Assembly: GCA_951406725.2 (NCBI GenBank)
Contig: OX597839.1
Span: forward strand, 7,254,001-7,318,000
Length of the DNA: 64,000 bases
Source of the DNA: Octopus vulgaris
Lineage: Eukaryota
Reading direction: 5' to 3'
Part shown: one piece after another, positions 12,320-28,621 of the stretch
Layout: every line of letters begins with the position of its first letter
Position numbering within the stretch: the first letter of the stretch is position 1
Made by a program: the position numbers and the translations under genes
Notes under the pieces: generated by a model
Told to the model about the DNA's origin: nothing
What the model saw: only the letters and a program-made list of their open reading frames with translations
Database searches by the model: none

Positions 12320-13257
12320 GTCGGTGGTTGTTGCAAGACATGAGGCGTGTGGTGTGAGGGTAAATAGCGGAAACAAGGGCGGGATATGATGTGGACTGGA
12401 CGAGAGAAAAGTGTATCTGGCATGCATTGGGAATGGTGTGAATTCTGTGTTTATGCATGTATTAGTGAATATGTGTGTGTACGTGTGAGTGTATGAGTGT
12501 GTTTGTGTGTGTGTCAGTATGTCTGTGTGTGCGCATGTGTGTATGTGAGTGTGTTTGTGTCTGTGATTAAGTTGTGTAAAGAATGCAGTAATGTGGGTGA
12601 TGTATATACATGTATATGTTTGTGTATATGCACATATATGTATATATATATGTATATGTGTGTGTGTGTGTGTGTGTGTGAATGTGTATGTGTGTGCGTG
12701 TGTGTATGAGTGTATATGTGTGTGTGAGGCTTGCTTAATAGGGGTATGTGTACGACAGAGGCGACGAGATGCGCTCCGGTTATGTAAACTGAAAGTAATT
12801 GCAGAAATTGGGCAAGCAAGTAGGGGGGGCATGGAAAATGTTGGATATCTGAGCACACACGTGTGTGTACGTCTGTATCTATGTGTATGTGTGTCTATGT
12901 GTATGTGTGTGCGTATGCGTGTGTGTGTGTGGGGGGGAGGCGGGCTTCTTTGCACTGTTTGCTGTGTGCCATATCGCACCGCATATCCCATCAACCCCCC
13001 CCCCATCAGCATCACCCAACCCCAGTACAACCACTACCATCACAGCTACCACCAAGCACCACTCGCACTACCGCATCAACCATCACTCAGCACATCAATA
13101 CTACCCCTACCGTCAGCATCGCCACCACCTCCATCACCTCAAACAGCACATTCAACGACACCCCCACCACCAACCACGGCTAATAACATCATGAACTTAT
13201 GCAAACAAAATCGCTCCTTCGTAGTTGTGAGACTGCTAGAAATGAGAGCCGGCTAGA

Positions 13258-13638
13258 AAGGGCGACTAGCTGGTAGAAACGTTAGCACGCCGGGCGAAAT
13301 ACTTAGCGGTATTTCGTCTGCCGCTACGTTCTGAGTTCAAATTCAGCCGAGGTCGACTTTGCCTTTCGTCCTTTCGGGGTCGATTAAATAAGTACCAGTT
13401 ACGCACTGGAATCGATATAATCGACTTAATCCGTTTGTCTGTCCTTGTTTGTTTCCCCTATGTTTAGCCCCTTGTGGGTAGTAAAGGAATAGGTATTTCA
13501 CCTCCAACCCTGCCGGAGCCTCGTGGAGCTTAGGTGTTTTTGCTCAATAAACACTCACAATGCCCGGTCTGGGAATCGAAACCGCGTTCTTACGACCGCA
13601 AGTCCGCTGCCCTAACCACTGGGACATTTCGCCTCCAC
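13258..13638. mobile_element. SINE A (+, 13258-13497) abutting a SINE C 5' part (-, 13505-13638)
   Basis: Direct similarity to other copies in the window. Confidence 0.85.
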
Positions 13639-13803
13639 TATGGTTGTTGTTGTATCGCTGTTTAGTCTCAGGTTAACCCTGATTGTAAAGACATATGATC
13701 AAATATATTCTAACCATGACCACCTCCTCCTAATTCTTTTTTTTTAATCATTTCTGAGACGATAAGATAGGTTGTGATATGGTGGAGATCGGCCCTTATT
13801 TCT

Positions 13804-14212
13804 TATTTCTTTATTGCCCACAAGGGACTAAACATAGAGGGGACAAACAAGGATAGACAAAGTGATTAATTCGATTAGATCGACCCAAGTGCCTTTACTG
13901 GTACTTAATTTATCGACCCCGAAAGGATGAAAGACAAAGTCGACCTCGACGGAATTTGAACTCACAACGTAAAGACAGACGAAATACCTATTTCTTTACT
14001 ACCCACAAGGAGCTAAACACAGAGAGGACAAACAAGGACAGATTAAGTTGATTATATCTACCCCAGTATGTAGCTGGTACTAATTTAATGGACAACGAAA
14101 GGATGAAAGGCAAAGTCGACCTCGGCGGAATTTGAACTCAGAGCGTAGCGGCAGACGAAATACCGCTAAGTACTTCGTCCAGCATGCTAACGCTTCTGCC
14201 AGCTCGCCAACC
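13804..14212 (-). mobile_element. SINE A with a tandemly repeated body
   Basis: One head and two ~185-bp body/tail units joined at 'gacgaaatac|ctatttctttact'. Confidence 0.85.
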
Positions 14213-14654
14213 TAATAATAATAATAAAGATGATGATGATGTTGATTTCTTTATTTGGCACAGGGGCAAAAATGAAGGGGACAACACACGGACAGTAAAC
14301 AGTTGTATGATGATTTACATAAAGGATGGTGAGAAAGAAATGGAAAGGAGTTCGAAATGCGATAACAGTATACATAATATAGAAAATATGCGGTAACATG
14401 AATGATGCGGTTCTCCTGATATAGGGGAAACTCAAACTAGGGCCAATGAAGGAACCTCACAAATCCTGGATTACCCAATAATGATAATGAGTTAGTAAAA
14501 ATTTGAAACATATGCAAGCACTTCAAATTTATAACGGTGCAATATATATAAATTAAGCAGGCGTGTCACCATAAACTTTAAGTAGATAATAAAAAAATAA
14601 TGAATGTATTAATAATACTAATAAGGAAAATAATGAGGATTAATGCTTAATGAT

Positions 14655-14761
14655 TTTGTACATGACAACGATGATGATGATGGAGATGATGATCATGATG
14701 ATCATGATGACGACGACGGCGGTGGCGGCTATAATGGTGATGATGATGGTGATGATGATGG

Positions 14762-14793
<32 letters not shown>

Positions 14794-14811
14794 ATGATGA
14801 TGATGGTGATA

Positions 14812-14876
<65 letters not shown>

Positions 14877-15385
14877 GGTGATGATGATGATGAAGTTGTT
14901 GATGGTGATGATCAAAACAATGTTCATCGTTGTCTTCTATATTACCATCCACCTCCTCATCCTTCCTCCTCCTCCACCTCCTCATCATCATTACTGATGC
15001 AAATGATAATGATTCTTGGTAGATATATCAATTGAGGTATGTGCATACATACATACATGCATATATACATATATACACACATGCATACATGCATACATGT
15101 ACACATACATACATACATACATACATGCATACATACATACATACATACATACATACATGCATACATACATACATACATACATACATGCATACATACATAC
15201 ATGCATACATACATGCATACATGCATACATACATACATACATACATACATGCATACATACATACATACATGCATACATACATACATACATACATACATAC
15301 ATGCATACATGCATACATACATACATACATGCATACATGCATACATACATACATACATACATACATGCAAACATGCATACATACA
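14655..15385. repeat. (GAT)n and (TACA)n microsatellites
   Basis: Direct reading; source of the poly-D/H/M/I and MYVC ORFs. Confidence 0.95.
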
Positions 15386-15491
15386 TACCTTGGCACCTTG
15401 ATCAAGTGTCTTCTGCTATAGCCAAGGGCCGACCAAAGACTTTTGAGTGGATTTGGTAGATGAAAACTCAAAGAAGACCGTCGTATATATG

Positions 15492-15557
<66 letters not shown>

Positions 15558-15865
15558 TGTATATGTATGTTTGTGTGTCTGTGTTTTTGAGTGTTCGTGT
15601 GTGTGTATTGAGTGTGTATGCCTGCGCGCGTGTGTGTGTATATAGGCGTGTGCGTGCGTGTGTGTGTCTGTGTTTGGTCCATCGCTTGACAACTGATGCT
15701 GGTGTATTTATGACCTCCACAAACTAGCGGTTCGACATAAGAGACCGATACAATAAGTGCTAGGCTTATCAGGAATAAGTCCTGGAATCGATTTCTCCGA
15801 CTAAAACCTTTCAAGACGGTGCGTAAGCATGGCCGCAGTCATATGACTGAAATAAGTAAAAGAAT
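15386..15865 (+). mobile_element. SINE B lacking the tRNA head
   Basis: 'ggcaccttgatcaagtgtcttctgctatagcc' through 'catggccgcagtcatatgactgaaataagtaaaag'. Confidence 0.85.
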
Positions 15866-15880
15866 ATATATATATATATA

Positions 15881-16073
15881 GGAAGAGTTTACGAAATAAA
15901 ACAAAAGACGAAGACAGGTCGTGTACAAAACAAACAGATGTATTAGTTTAACGCTCAGGAATAGAAAAAGTCTTTCATGTTTCGAGCCTACGCTCGTCTA
16001 CAGAAAGGGACACAGAAAAAACAAGGAGAGACAACAAGGAGAGAAAAAAATGTGTGTGTAGTGGCTAACGATC
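15881..16073 (-). mobile_element. Penelope-like element family H1 with decayed hammerhead (15971-16007)
   Basis: rc reads CUUU-CUGUAGA-C-GAGC(GUAG)GCUC-GAAA-CA-UG-AAAG; flanked by (TA)n on both sides. Confidence 0.7.
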
Positions 16074-16144
<71 letters not shown>

Positions 16145-16904
16145 GAGAAGAGATATGGAAAATAATGGAAGAATAGAAGAAAGTCTGATTGCTAGACAAA
16201 GGAAATTAAATTAAGAAAGGATATAGAGAAATAAACAAATAAAAGAGAGATGGGAAAGAACATACAATACATAGAACAAGAAGAATAAAAGAATATAGGG
16301 AATAAAATCAAAGCAGGAAAGAAAGATGGCTGAAAGAAAATAAAACAAAAAGTAAGGAAAGAGAGCGACTAATGCATGTATGGATAAAGAAATGAAGAAA
16401 AAATAACGAAGGAGCGACAGAAAGAATGAAAAATAAAAAAAAGCTAAAAGAAATTATGATAAGAAATGGCCGTCTCTTCCCACGCCATTGCTCTCTTTTT
16501 ATGTCGGCCATCCCACAATCTTCTTTATTAGAGCCGGATTAAATAAATCATGGTTATTATTTAGATGTGACATTGAGGTACTTAGGTAGATAGGCTTGAA
16601 GGGTATAAGGTGAGAATTTAGGGTATGTGAAATCACTTAATGTTATATAAGAAATTGGTATTCAGTTACGTTTGCACAAAGACAGCTTAATTCTATCCGG
16701 CACTGGAAACCAGAAACCGCTTTTGCTGAGGCTGGAGATGGGGCTACAGAGATTCAAGGAGATTCGAAGCGTTATGAAGACATTAAATGTAAATAATCAT
16801 ATTTTGTGTTTAGTTTTTATTGTTTGTTTGAAATAACGTTGAAGGAATTGGGTTATGAGTTATTGCTCTTGGCTTTGCCGTTGTTTTAGCCATTACTCTT
16901 ACTG

Positions 16905-16945
<41 letters not shown>

Positions 16946-16956
16946 TGTGTATGTTC

Positions 16957-17016
<60 letters not shown>

Positions 17017-17108
17017 GAACATACACACGCATATATGCATACGCATATTCTACACACGGAGATGTGATATGTCTCCGCCATCGTCTCAGTATATACATAT
17101 ATATATAC

Positions 17109-17815
17109 CTATTTCTTTACTACCCACAAGGGGCTAAACACAGAGGGGACAAACAAGGACAGACAAAGGGATTAAGTCGATTACATCGGCCCCCAACGAT
17201 TAACTGGTACTTATTTTGTCGATTCCGAAAGGGCTATAAAGCAAAGTCAACCACAGCAGAGAACGTAACGACGGACGAAATGCCTATTTCTTTATTACCC
17301 ACAAGGGGCTAAACATAGAGGAGACAAACAAGGACAGACAAACGGATTAAGTCGATTACATCGACCCCAGTGCGTTACTGGTACTTAATTTATCGACCCC
17401 CCCGAAAGGATGAAAGGCAAAGTCGACCTCGGCGGAATTTGAACTCAGAACGTAACGGCAGACGAAATACCGCTAAGCATTTCGCCCGGCATGCTAACGA
17501 TTCTGCCAGCTCGACGGACGAAATACCTATTTCTTTATTACCCACAAGGGGCTAAACACAGAGCGGACAAACAAGGACAGACATAGGTATTAAATCGATT
17601 ACATCGACCCCAGTGCATAACTGGTAATTAATTTATCGACCCCGAAAGGATGAAAGGCAAAGTAGACCTCGGCGGAATTTGAACTCAGAACGTAACGGCA
17701 GACGAAATACGGCTACGCATTTCGCCCAGCGTGCTAACGATTCTGCCAGCTCGACGGACGAAATACCGCTGAACATTTCGCACGACGTTCGAACGACACT
17801 GGCAGCTCACCGCTT
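17109..17815 (-). mobile_element. SINE A head-to-tail multimer (3 units)
   Basis: Repeated 'cctatttctttatta/ctacccacaaggggctaaac' at ~17108, 17283, 17526. Confidence 0.85.
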
Positions 17816-18584
17816 AGGTTTAGTCCATAATACCAAGCCCCGTGGGCAGATTATTCAACTCCAAAGGAATTTGAATTCAGTATCTAAGGATAGGTCTTAA
17901 TACAATACAGGGCGATCTACAGAACCGTCTCTCTCTATGAACACTACATAAACAAACACATCAGACGTCCAATCGATAAATCATCTTAGCAGTCACATTT
18001 CAATACAGAGACATTGAGATTAATTCACTAAACTATTATAATCCATGTATTTCTTTCGCTATGTCCTCCATCGCCAACGACGTTGCCATCAGCACCGCTG
18101 TAACTGTCACCATGACTGTTATTACTAATACTACCACCGCCACAACAACCACCGCTACCACATACGATATCGCAACCACCTCATACAATACAGCCGCCAC
18201 GACAATCGGTATCAACACCTCAAACTCCACCACCGCCAGTTATTGCAAAAACACTGGCGGCACCTCTATCAGAAGCACCACCACCACCACCACCATCGCC
18301 ACTACCACCATTACACCACCACCGCTACCATCATCATCACCACCATCAACAACAGAAACAACATCATCATATCCATTTCAGATTTCAGCAAAATTTCTCA
18401 TTCTCTGTCACTGTCTCTCTCTCTCCCTCTCTCCCCCTCTCTCTTTCTTTCTCTGTCTGTCTGTCTGTGTGTCTCTCTCTACTACTACTACCACCACTAC
18501 TACTACTACAAGCGATCGACTGTATTGTTCTTCCTCACTTCCCTATCACACTCACTTATCGATCCCTGTTGTCTTTGTACGTAT

Positions 18585-19960
<1,376 letters not shown>

Positions 19961-20574
19961 ATACATGCACACTAACTTACCCAAAAAGAATAAGCGTGGT
20001 GTCGAATTCTCAGACTAAAATCATCTAATGCGGTGCTCCAGCATGGCCGTAGCCAAATGACTGCAACAAGTAAAAGAATATACATACATATACTGGCGTC
20101 GCTGCGTGGTAAGAAGTTAGCTTCTCAACCACTCGAATGTGGGGCCTCAGTCCCACTGTGAGGCACGTTGAGCAGTTGTCCTCGATGTATTTGCGTGCGT
20201 ACGTGTGTGTGTGTGTGTGTGTGTATGTATATGCGTGTGTGTTTGTGTGAGGTGTGTGTGTTTACACGTACATTATGATAGACATGGCATATATCTTTGA
20301 ATGGATTGAACAAATCCATTAATGCCAAAGTATTCGAAAAGCAATGAATAAATAAATTCAGCAGGGCCCATTAACGTCAAACCCCTACAGACATTTTTCT
20401 AAACTCTGTTGGTCTGCAAGTACAGCCATGTTTGTTTAAAATCTATTGAAATATTAATCAATTAAAACGCATCTTGTCTTATCAATGAAATATACGAAAC
20501 CTTTACTTCTACAAAATATTGGTTTCAAATTCTGGCAGAAGGCCAGCACGGCCGGAGGGGAGGAGGGGGTAATT

Positions 20575-21281
20575 CAATTACATTCAACTGGTATCCATTT
20601 TACCGTTCCCGAAAGGATGGAAGGCAAAATCGATATCTGCGGATTTGAACTGAGAACGTAAAGACAGATGAATTACCTATTTCTTTACTACCCACAAGGC
20701 GCTAAACACAGAGGGGCCAAACAAGGACAGACAAACGGATTAAGTCGATTACATCGACCCCAGTGCGTAACTGGTACTTATTTAATCGACCCCGAAAGGA
20801 TGAAAGGCAAAGTCGGCCTCGGCGGAATTTGAACTCAGAACGTAGTGGCAGAACGAAATACCTATTTGTTTACTACCCACAAGGGGCTAAATACAGAGGA
20901 GAAAAACAAGGACAGACAAACGGATTAAGTCGATTACATCGACCCCAGTGTTTCACTGGTACTTAATTTATCGACCCCGAAAGGATGAAAGGAAAAGTCG
21001 ACCTCGGCGGAATTTGTACTCAGAACGTAACGGCAGACGAAATACCTATTTCTTTACTACCCACAAGGGGATAAACACAGAGAGAACAAACAAGGACAGA
21101 CAAACGTATTAAGCCGATTACATCGACCCCAGTGCATAACTGGTACTTATTTAATCGACCCCGAAAGGATGAAAGGCAAAGTCGACCACGTCGTAATTTC
21201 AGCTCAGAACGTAGTGGCAGATGAAATACCTCCAAGCATTTGGCCCGGCGTGCTAACCATTCTGCCAGCTAGCCGCTCCTT
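20575..21281 (-). mobile_element. SINE A tandem array, ~185-bp period
   Basis: 'cctattt' junctions at 20676, 20861, 21045; a single tRNA head at ~21230-21281. Confidence 0.9.
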
Positions 21282-21579
21282 AAGGTTATATATTAATTTA
21301 AAAGTAAGCGTAAATCTGACGGCAAAATCTTTACCGTATTCTTCAGCATGTCATGACCAATGCGTTCTTTTCATAGTTAAGTAGCAATCATTTCATCCAA
21401 GTGACAAATCCCTTCGGATTCCAAGAGTTTTTGCAATACTTCGACTGCGATAAGGCTACTAGTATAATTTCGTGTTGTTTCTATTTCTGTGATGCTTCTC
21501 CTTAAAATCATCCATGTTGTTTGTATTACGTGTATGTATGTATGTATTATGTAGGTGTGTATGTATGTATGTATGTATG

Positions 21580-21610
<31 letters not shown>

Positions 21611-21961
21611 GTATGTATGTATGTATGTATGTATGTATGTATGCATGCATGTATGTATGTATGTATGTATGTATGTATGTATGTATGTATGTATGTATGT
21701 ATGTAGGTGTGTATGTATGTTTGTGTGTGCATATATATGTATGTATGCTTGTATATATGTATGTATATATGTATGTATGCATGGAAATATACGAACGTTA
21801 GTATGTGAGTATTTGTATATATGTGTTTGTGTATGTATAGTATATATAAATTTTATGTGTTATATATATATATATATATATTTATATTTTATGTGTTATA
21901 CATACAAATATATATATATAGATATAGATATAGATAGATATATAGATAGATATATATATAT

Positions 21962-22016
<55 letters not shown>

Positions 22017-22553
22017 TAGATATATACAGACTTACTCACACATACACACAATATACTCACAAACACATATATGTATGGGTATATGTTTTATATATATATA
22101 TATATAAATATAAACGCTATATATACATGCGTATGTACACACACACACACGACACACTCAAACACATTCGCTTGTCTGTATACTTTTATATGTATATATA
22201 TATATGTTTACGCATCTATATGTGTATACCTACGTGTGTATGTATGTATGTATGTCTTTTCTCTTTGCGTGTGCGTATTTTTGTGCTTCGGTACGTATCA
22301 GATTAGAGCGATCATAAGATTTTTCATGAGGTATTATTTCTGTCCCTTATCATATATTTTCCTGTGTTGTTATCTGAGGATCCGTGTCTTCTCCTAATCC
22401 CTGGATTAACAGGGTAAAGACGAACGAGTGACTTAATGAGATTGTGTGAGAATGTAATAGAGTTTGCACGAATGAGAGATGAGAGACACGAATGGATTTT
22501 ATTTATGTAATAGGGCACATACCCCTCTTCTTCCTTTCCCTTTTCTTCTTCTT

Positions 22554-22681
<128 letters not shown>

Positions 22682-22686
22682 CATTT

Positions 22687-22925
22687 AAGGCGGCGAGCTG
22701 GCAGAAACGTTAAGCACGCCGGGCGAAATGTGCGTAGCCGTATTTCGTCTGCCGTTACGTTCTGAGTTCAAATTCCGCCGAGGTCGACTTTCCCCCTTCA
22801 TCCTTTCGGGGTCGATAAATTAAGTTCCAGTTACGCACTGGGGGTCGATATAATCGATTTAATCCGCTTGTCTGTCCTTGTTTGTCCCCTCTGTGTTTAG
22901 CCCTTTGTGGGTAGTAAAGAAACAA

Positions 22926-22961
<36 letters not shown>

Positions 22962-23010
22962 ATCATTATGATTATGATTATTATTATTATTATTATTATT
23001 GTTATTGTTA

Positions 23011-23097
<87 letters not shown>

Positions 23098-23310
23098 CGG
23101 CGAGCTGACAGAATCGTTAACACACTGGACGAGATGCAAAGTAGTATTCGCTCGCCATTACGTTCTGAGTTCAAATTCCGCAGAGGTCGACTTAGCATTT
23201 CATCATTTCGGTGTCGATAAACTAAATACCCTTAAAATACTGGGGTCGATGTAATCGACTAGGCCCTTCCCCGCCAAAGTTCTGACCCCGTGCTTAAAAT
23301 AGAAAGGATA
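22687..23310 (+). mobile_element. Two SINE A copies embedded in (TTA)n tracts
   Basis: 22687-22925 near consensus; 23096-23310 an older variant tail. Confidence 0.85.
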
Positions 23311-23336
23311 GAAAGGGAGGAAAAAGTGAAGTTCTA

Positions 23337-23658
23337 CTAAGTACGTGTGACGTAACAGTGAAGACAATCTTTTGCACTTCCTACATGGATGGTAAGTTAG
23401 GGATCACTCTTAAATAATTTTCAGTTCCATTTTTTTATCATTCCAAGTGCTCCTACAATCACTGATATTGTAACCGTCTTGGGATACCACATCTTTTCGA
23501 TTTCGATGAGCAGATCTTTATATTTTCTGAACTTATCAAATTCTTTTGCTGAGATATTATGGTCACAGGGTATGTTCATGTCAATCAATAAACAGACTTC
23601 ATTTTTTTGGTCTTTCACAACAAAATCTGGTTTCTTTCCTTTGATGGTTTGGTCTGTA
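23337..23658 (-). mobile_element. Decayed R4/Dong-like non-LTR retrotransposon, restriction-like endonuclease C-terminus
   Basis: TDQTIKGKKPDFVVKDQKNEVCLLIDMNIPCDHNISAKEFDKFRKYKDLLIEIEKMWYPKTVTISVIVGALGMIKK, frameshift, then GTENYLRVIPNLPSM*EVQKIV. The PD...D, K..KY..L and VGALG motifs are those of RLE-type elements. Confidence 0.85.
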
Positions 23659-23659
23659 C

Positions 23660-24045
23660 GAGGCGGCGAGCGGACAGAAACGTTAGCACGCCTGCCAAGG
23701 TGCTTAGCAGCATTTAGGTCCTGATTTTAAATTCGACCAATTCCACCCTAAAATTCATCCCTTTGGGATCAATAAAAATAAGTACCAGGGTCGATGTAAT
23801 CGGCTTACTCTCTTCCCTGATGTTTCAAACCTTGTGCCTATAGTACATAGTACGCTGGACGAAATGCTTTTCGGTATTTCGTCTGCCGTTACGTTCTGAG
23901 TTCAAATTCCGCCGAGGTCGACTTTGCCTTGCATCATTACGGGGTCGATAAAATAAGTATCGTTCGAACTCTAGACTCGATCTAATCGACACTTCTCCCT
24001 CCCCCCTAAATTATAGGCCGTGTGCCAAAATTTGAAATCAATATG
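23660..24045 (+). mobile_element. Two older SINE A variants in tandem
   Basis: 'aggcggcgagcggacagaaacgttagcacgcc' head and 'gttctgagttcaaattccgccgaggtcgac' body. Confidence 0.75.
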
Positions 24046-24695
24046 ATCTTTGAGCATTTGATATTCTGTTGCGGTATTTTTTTCTATTTATATTTGTTCT
24101 GTTTTCAGATCCAATTGTGTTCAAATTTGTTTTCATTCCATTCCGATCGATAAGAACTATTCTCCTATACTTCTCTCCTTCATCCCTCACTAACCAGTCG
24201 TATCTATTGATATGTTTTGTCTTGGTAAAGAAATATGTGCAGATTGTCTAATATGCCCTAGATATATACCCGGCAGTATTTGTTGATAAAGCTTTTGTCA
24301 GGAAGTAATAATAATCTTGGCACTTGTCAATATTCTGGAGCTATCTAGCCGGTTTTATCTATTACAACTATCTTGGCGAGGATGAGAAAATATTTGCACT
24401 TTGTCCTATGTTCAATAGCTACCTACCAGGCGGTATCTTTTGATACAATTTTAGATTCAAATTTAGAAATATTTGTATTTTGTCCAAGCCATCTCGCCGG
24501 TCTTATTTATAGATATATCTTTCGTCTTGTAACTTAAGTAAATGTCATACTATTATCAGCCATATTTTTGCTATTATCAACCATATTTTTGCAAATTAGT
24601 TCAGTCGCTTCTACTGGTATCAGTATTATTTGCGATGACTAGAAACATGTCTGACCATGGTTACGTTATTACATTTTGATAATAAATTTATAGAT

Positions 24696-25085
24696 GGCGC
24701 AGGTGTGGAGCAGGAGTGGCTGTGTGGTAAGTAGCCTGCTTACCAACTACATGATTCCGGATTCAGTCCCACTACGTGGCACCTTGGGCAAGTGTCTTCT
24801 ACTATAGCCTCGGGCCGACCAAAGCCTTGTGAGTGGATTTGGTAGACGGAAACTGAAAGAAGCCCGTCGAATATATGTGTGTGTGTGTGTATGTTTGTGT
24901 ATCTGTGTTTGTCCCCTCCCCCAGCATTATTTGACAACCGATGCTGGTGTGTTTACGTTCCCGTCACTTAGCGGTTCGGCAAAAGAGACCAATAGAATAA
25001 GTACTAGGCTTACGAAGAATAAGTCCTGGGCGGTGCTCCAGCATGGCCGCAGTCAAATGACTGAAGCAAGTAAAAGAGTAAAGGA
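24696..25085 (+). mobile_element. SINE B, full length
   Basis: tRNA-like head, 'ggcaccttgggcaagtgtcttct', internal microsatellite, tail 'gaagcaagtaaaagagtaaagg'. Confidence 0.9.
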
Positions 25086-25127
25086 CAGATGATTTACATA
25101 TACCGTACTATATATTTTTCTGCGTGT

Positions 25128-25375
25128 GGAGGCGCGTGGCTTAGTGGTTAGTGTGTCAGCATCATGTTCGAAAGATTGTGCTTTTCATTCCTGGACCAGG
25201 CGACGCGTTGCGTTCTTGAGCAAAACACTTCATTTCCCGTTGCTCCAGTCCACTCAGCTGGCAAAAATGAGTAACGTTGCGATGGAGCGGCGTCCCGTCC
25301 AGCTGCGGAATACTCTATAGAAGCCGGGAAATCTGGCTTATGAGCCTGGCTAGGCTTTAGAACGGCGCATTTACT
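25128..25375 (+). mobile_element. SINE family D variant
   Basis: 'ggaggcgcgtggcttagtggttag' head; central 'ttcttgagcaaaacacttcatttc..gctccagtccactcagctgg'. Confidence 0.75.
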
Positions 25376-25594
25376 TTTTATTATTTTATATTTTTCTGTA
25401 TCTTCATAGATTTTGGTGAAGTGACGATTTGCCTGTATACATGTTTCTAAAATGCGAGCCTTTCCTTCGGGTGTTTAGAGCAGTTAAACAATTTTGGGAT
25501 TACAAATTGTCTAACTTCTCTACGACCGGTCTTTTAAAGAACTTACTAAGGACATATCACTCACTATTTTTTAATATATATATATAATAGAGTA

Positions 25595-26195
25595 AAAGCA
25601 TGTTGCTCAGTGGTTAGAAGGTCGGGATTACAATCGTAAGGTTGTGAGTTCGATTCCCGGACCTGTCTCTATTTTGTTTTCTTGAGTTACTCCAGTTCAC
25701 TCAGCTGAAGAAATGAATTGCGACATCACTGGTGCCAAGCCGTATCGTCCTTTGCCTTTCCCTTGGATAACACTGATGGTGTGGAGAAAGGAGCTGGTAG
25801 GCATGGGCAAATGCTGGTCATTTATAAACAACTAGCAGTATCGCCCGGCGTTGCTCGGGTTTGTAAGGGAAATAACTATATAAGCATTTTTAGAGAGTTA
25901 TAGCAAAAAAATAGCAAAAAATGCATTGAAAATGGAAAAAAAACGATGGTAATTTTTTTTTTAAATCGTTGACTCATCGTAGACATTTTTAGAGAGTTAC
26001 TTCCCTTATATAATAGCAAAAAATGCATTAAAATGGAAAAAAATGATGGTAATTTTTTTTTTAAATCGTAGACTCATCGTAGACGCGCGCTAATACCCAG
26101 AAGGGCTCGATATGAATCACGACTATAAGATACCCGGTTGACTTTTATATATAAAAATTTGTCCAGACTTGTGCCACGAAGGCTAACTTTCTATT
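25595..26195 (+). mobile_element. SINE D interrupted by a Helitron
   Basis: Colinear with 38822-39102 after removing 25832-26157. Confidence 0.8.
25832..26157 (-). mobile_element. Non-autonomous Helitron
   Basis: Minus-strand 3' end: GC-rich hairpin cccgagcaacgccggg then ...CTAG; inserted between A and T with no TSD; internal ~100-bp direct repeat. The 5' end reads TT rather than canonical TC. Confidence 0.75.
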
Positions 26196-26516
26196 CTTAG
26201 TTTTGCTTAAAATTTCCTAAATTTTCGTTATTAAATTTTGTTGTTTAGTTTTACCTTTCGCGTCACACATCAACGTAATTCTTAAACATATCTCCCAAGA
26301 ACACGGTGACTCTCGAACGCCCTCTCTGGGCGTATTTTCTTGATGTTCAAGACAAACATCATTCAATTGCATCAACCTCTTTTAACGAAAAGGGTCCGCA
26401 ACAGCCAATGTTACAAGCCCTTCCCCGAGATCATATATTAAACAAAAAAATTCCATTACCATCAATTCAATTTAATTATAGACTATGAGTTAATGTTTCG
26501 TTAATCTTAATGTTTC

Positions 26517-27678
<1,162 letters not shown>

Positions 27679-28106
27679 CATCATTATTGCAATACCAAAA
27701 GGAAGAATAAATGTGCTAAGGCCCAATCACTGTCAGATTAATTAATACTTGAAGTATTACGAAAAGTGACATACACACTGTCTGCCAATGATCCGTTGTG
27801 CAATAATCGCCGAGATCAATAATCATATAGCCCTATAACATGATTGATTCCTCATTTCTGGAATAATAGAATGTTTAAATATGGTAGTGATACATAGCAG
27901 AGATTATAAGATTGTCGATTTGGGGAGATTATGAGTAAAAGAGAAACAAAATTAAGCTATTCGCGTTGTTGATCGATCGAGGAATCATCGAAGATTGTAG
28001 GTTGGACCGATTCTGCTTTATGTGACAATCATGATACGTTTAATACTGTAACAAAGAACGAAAAGAGGTGTGCTGATATACATATGTGTATGTGTGTGTG
28101 TGAGCA

Positions 28107-28172
<66 letters not shown>

Positions 28173-28184
28173 CATATGTACATA

Positions 28185-28215
<31 letters not shown>

Positions 28216-28226
28216 GTCCATATATA

Positions 28227-28262
<36 letters not shown>

Positions 28263-28276
28263 TGTATGTATGCATG

Positions 28277-28313
<37 letters not shown>

Positions 28314-28390
28314 ATATATATAAATATATATATGTATATACATATGTACATATATATATATATATACATATATATATATGTCCATATATA

Positions 28391-28424
<34 letters not shown>

Positions 28425-28428
28425 CATG

Positions 28429-28471
<43 letters not shown>

Positions 28472-28541
28472 ATATATATATAAATATATATATGTATATA
28501 CATATGTACATATATATATATATACATATATATATATGTCC

Positions 28542-28592
<51 letters not shown>

Positions 28593-28621
28593 TGTATGTA
28601 TGTATGTATGCATGTATACTC

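Noticed and set aside
21377-21510. Unique island with short open frames on both strands
   Set aside because: No consistent splice pair or recognisable motif.
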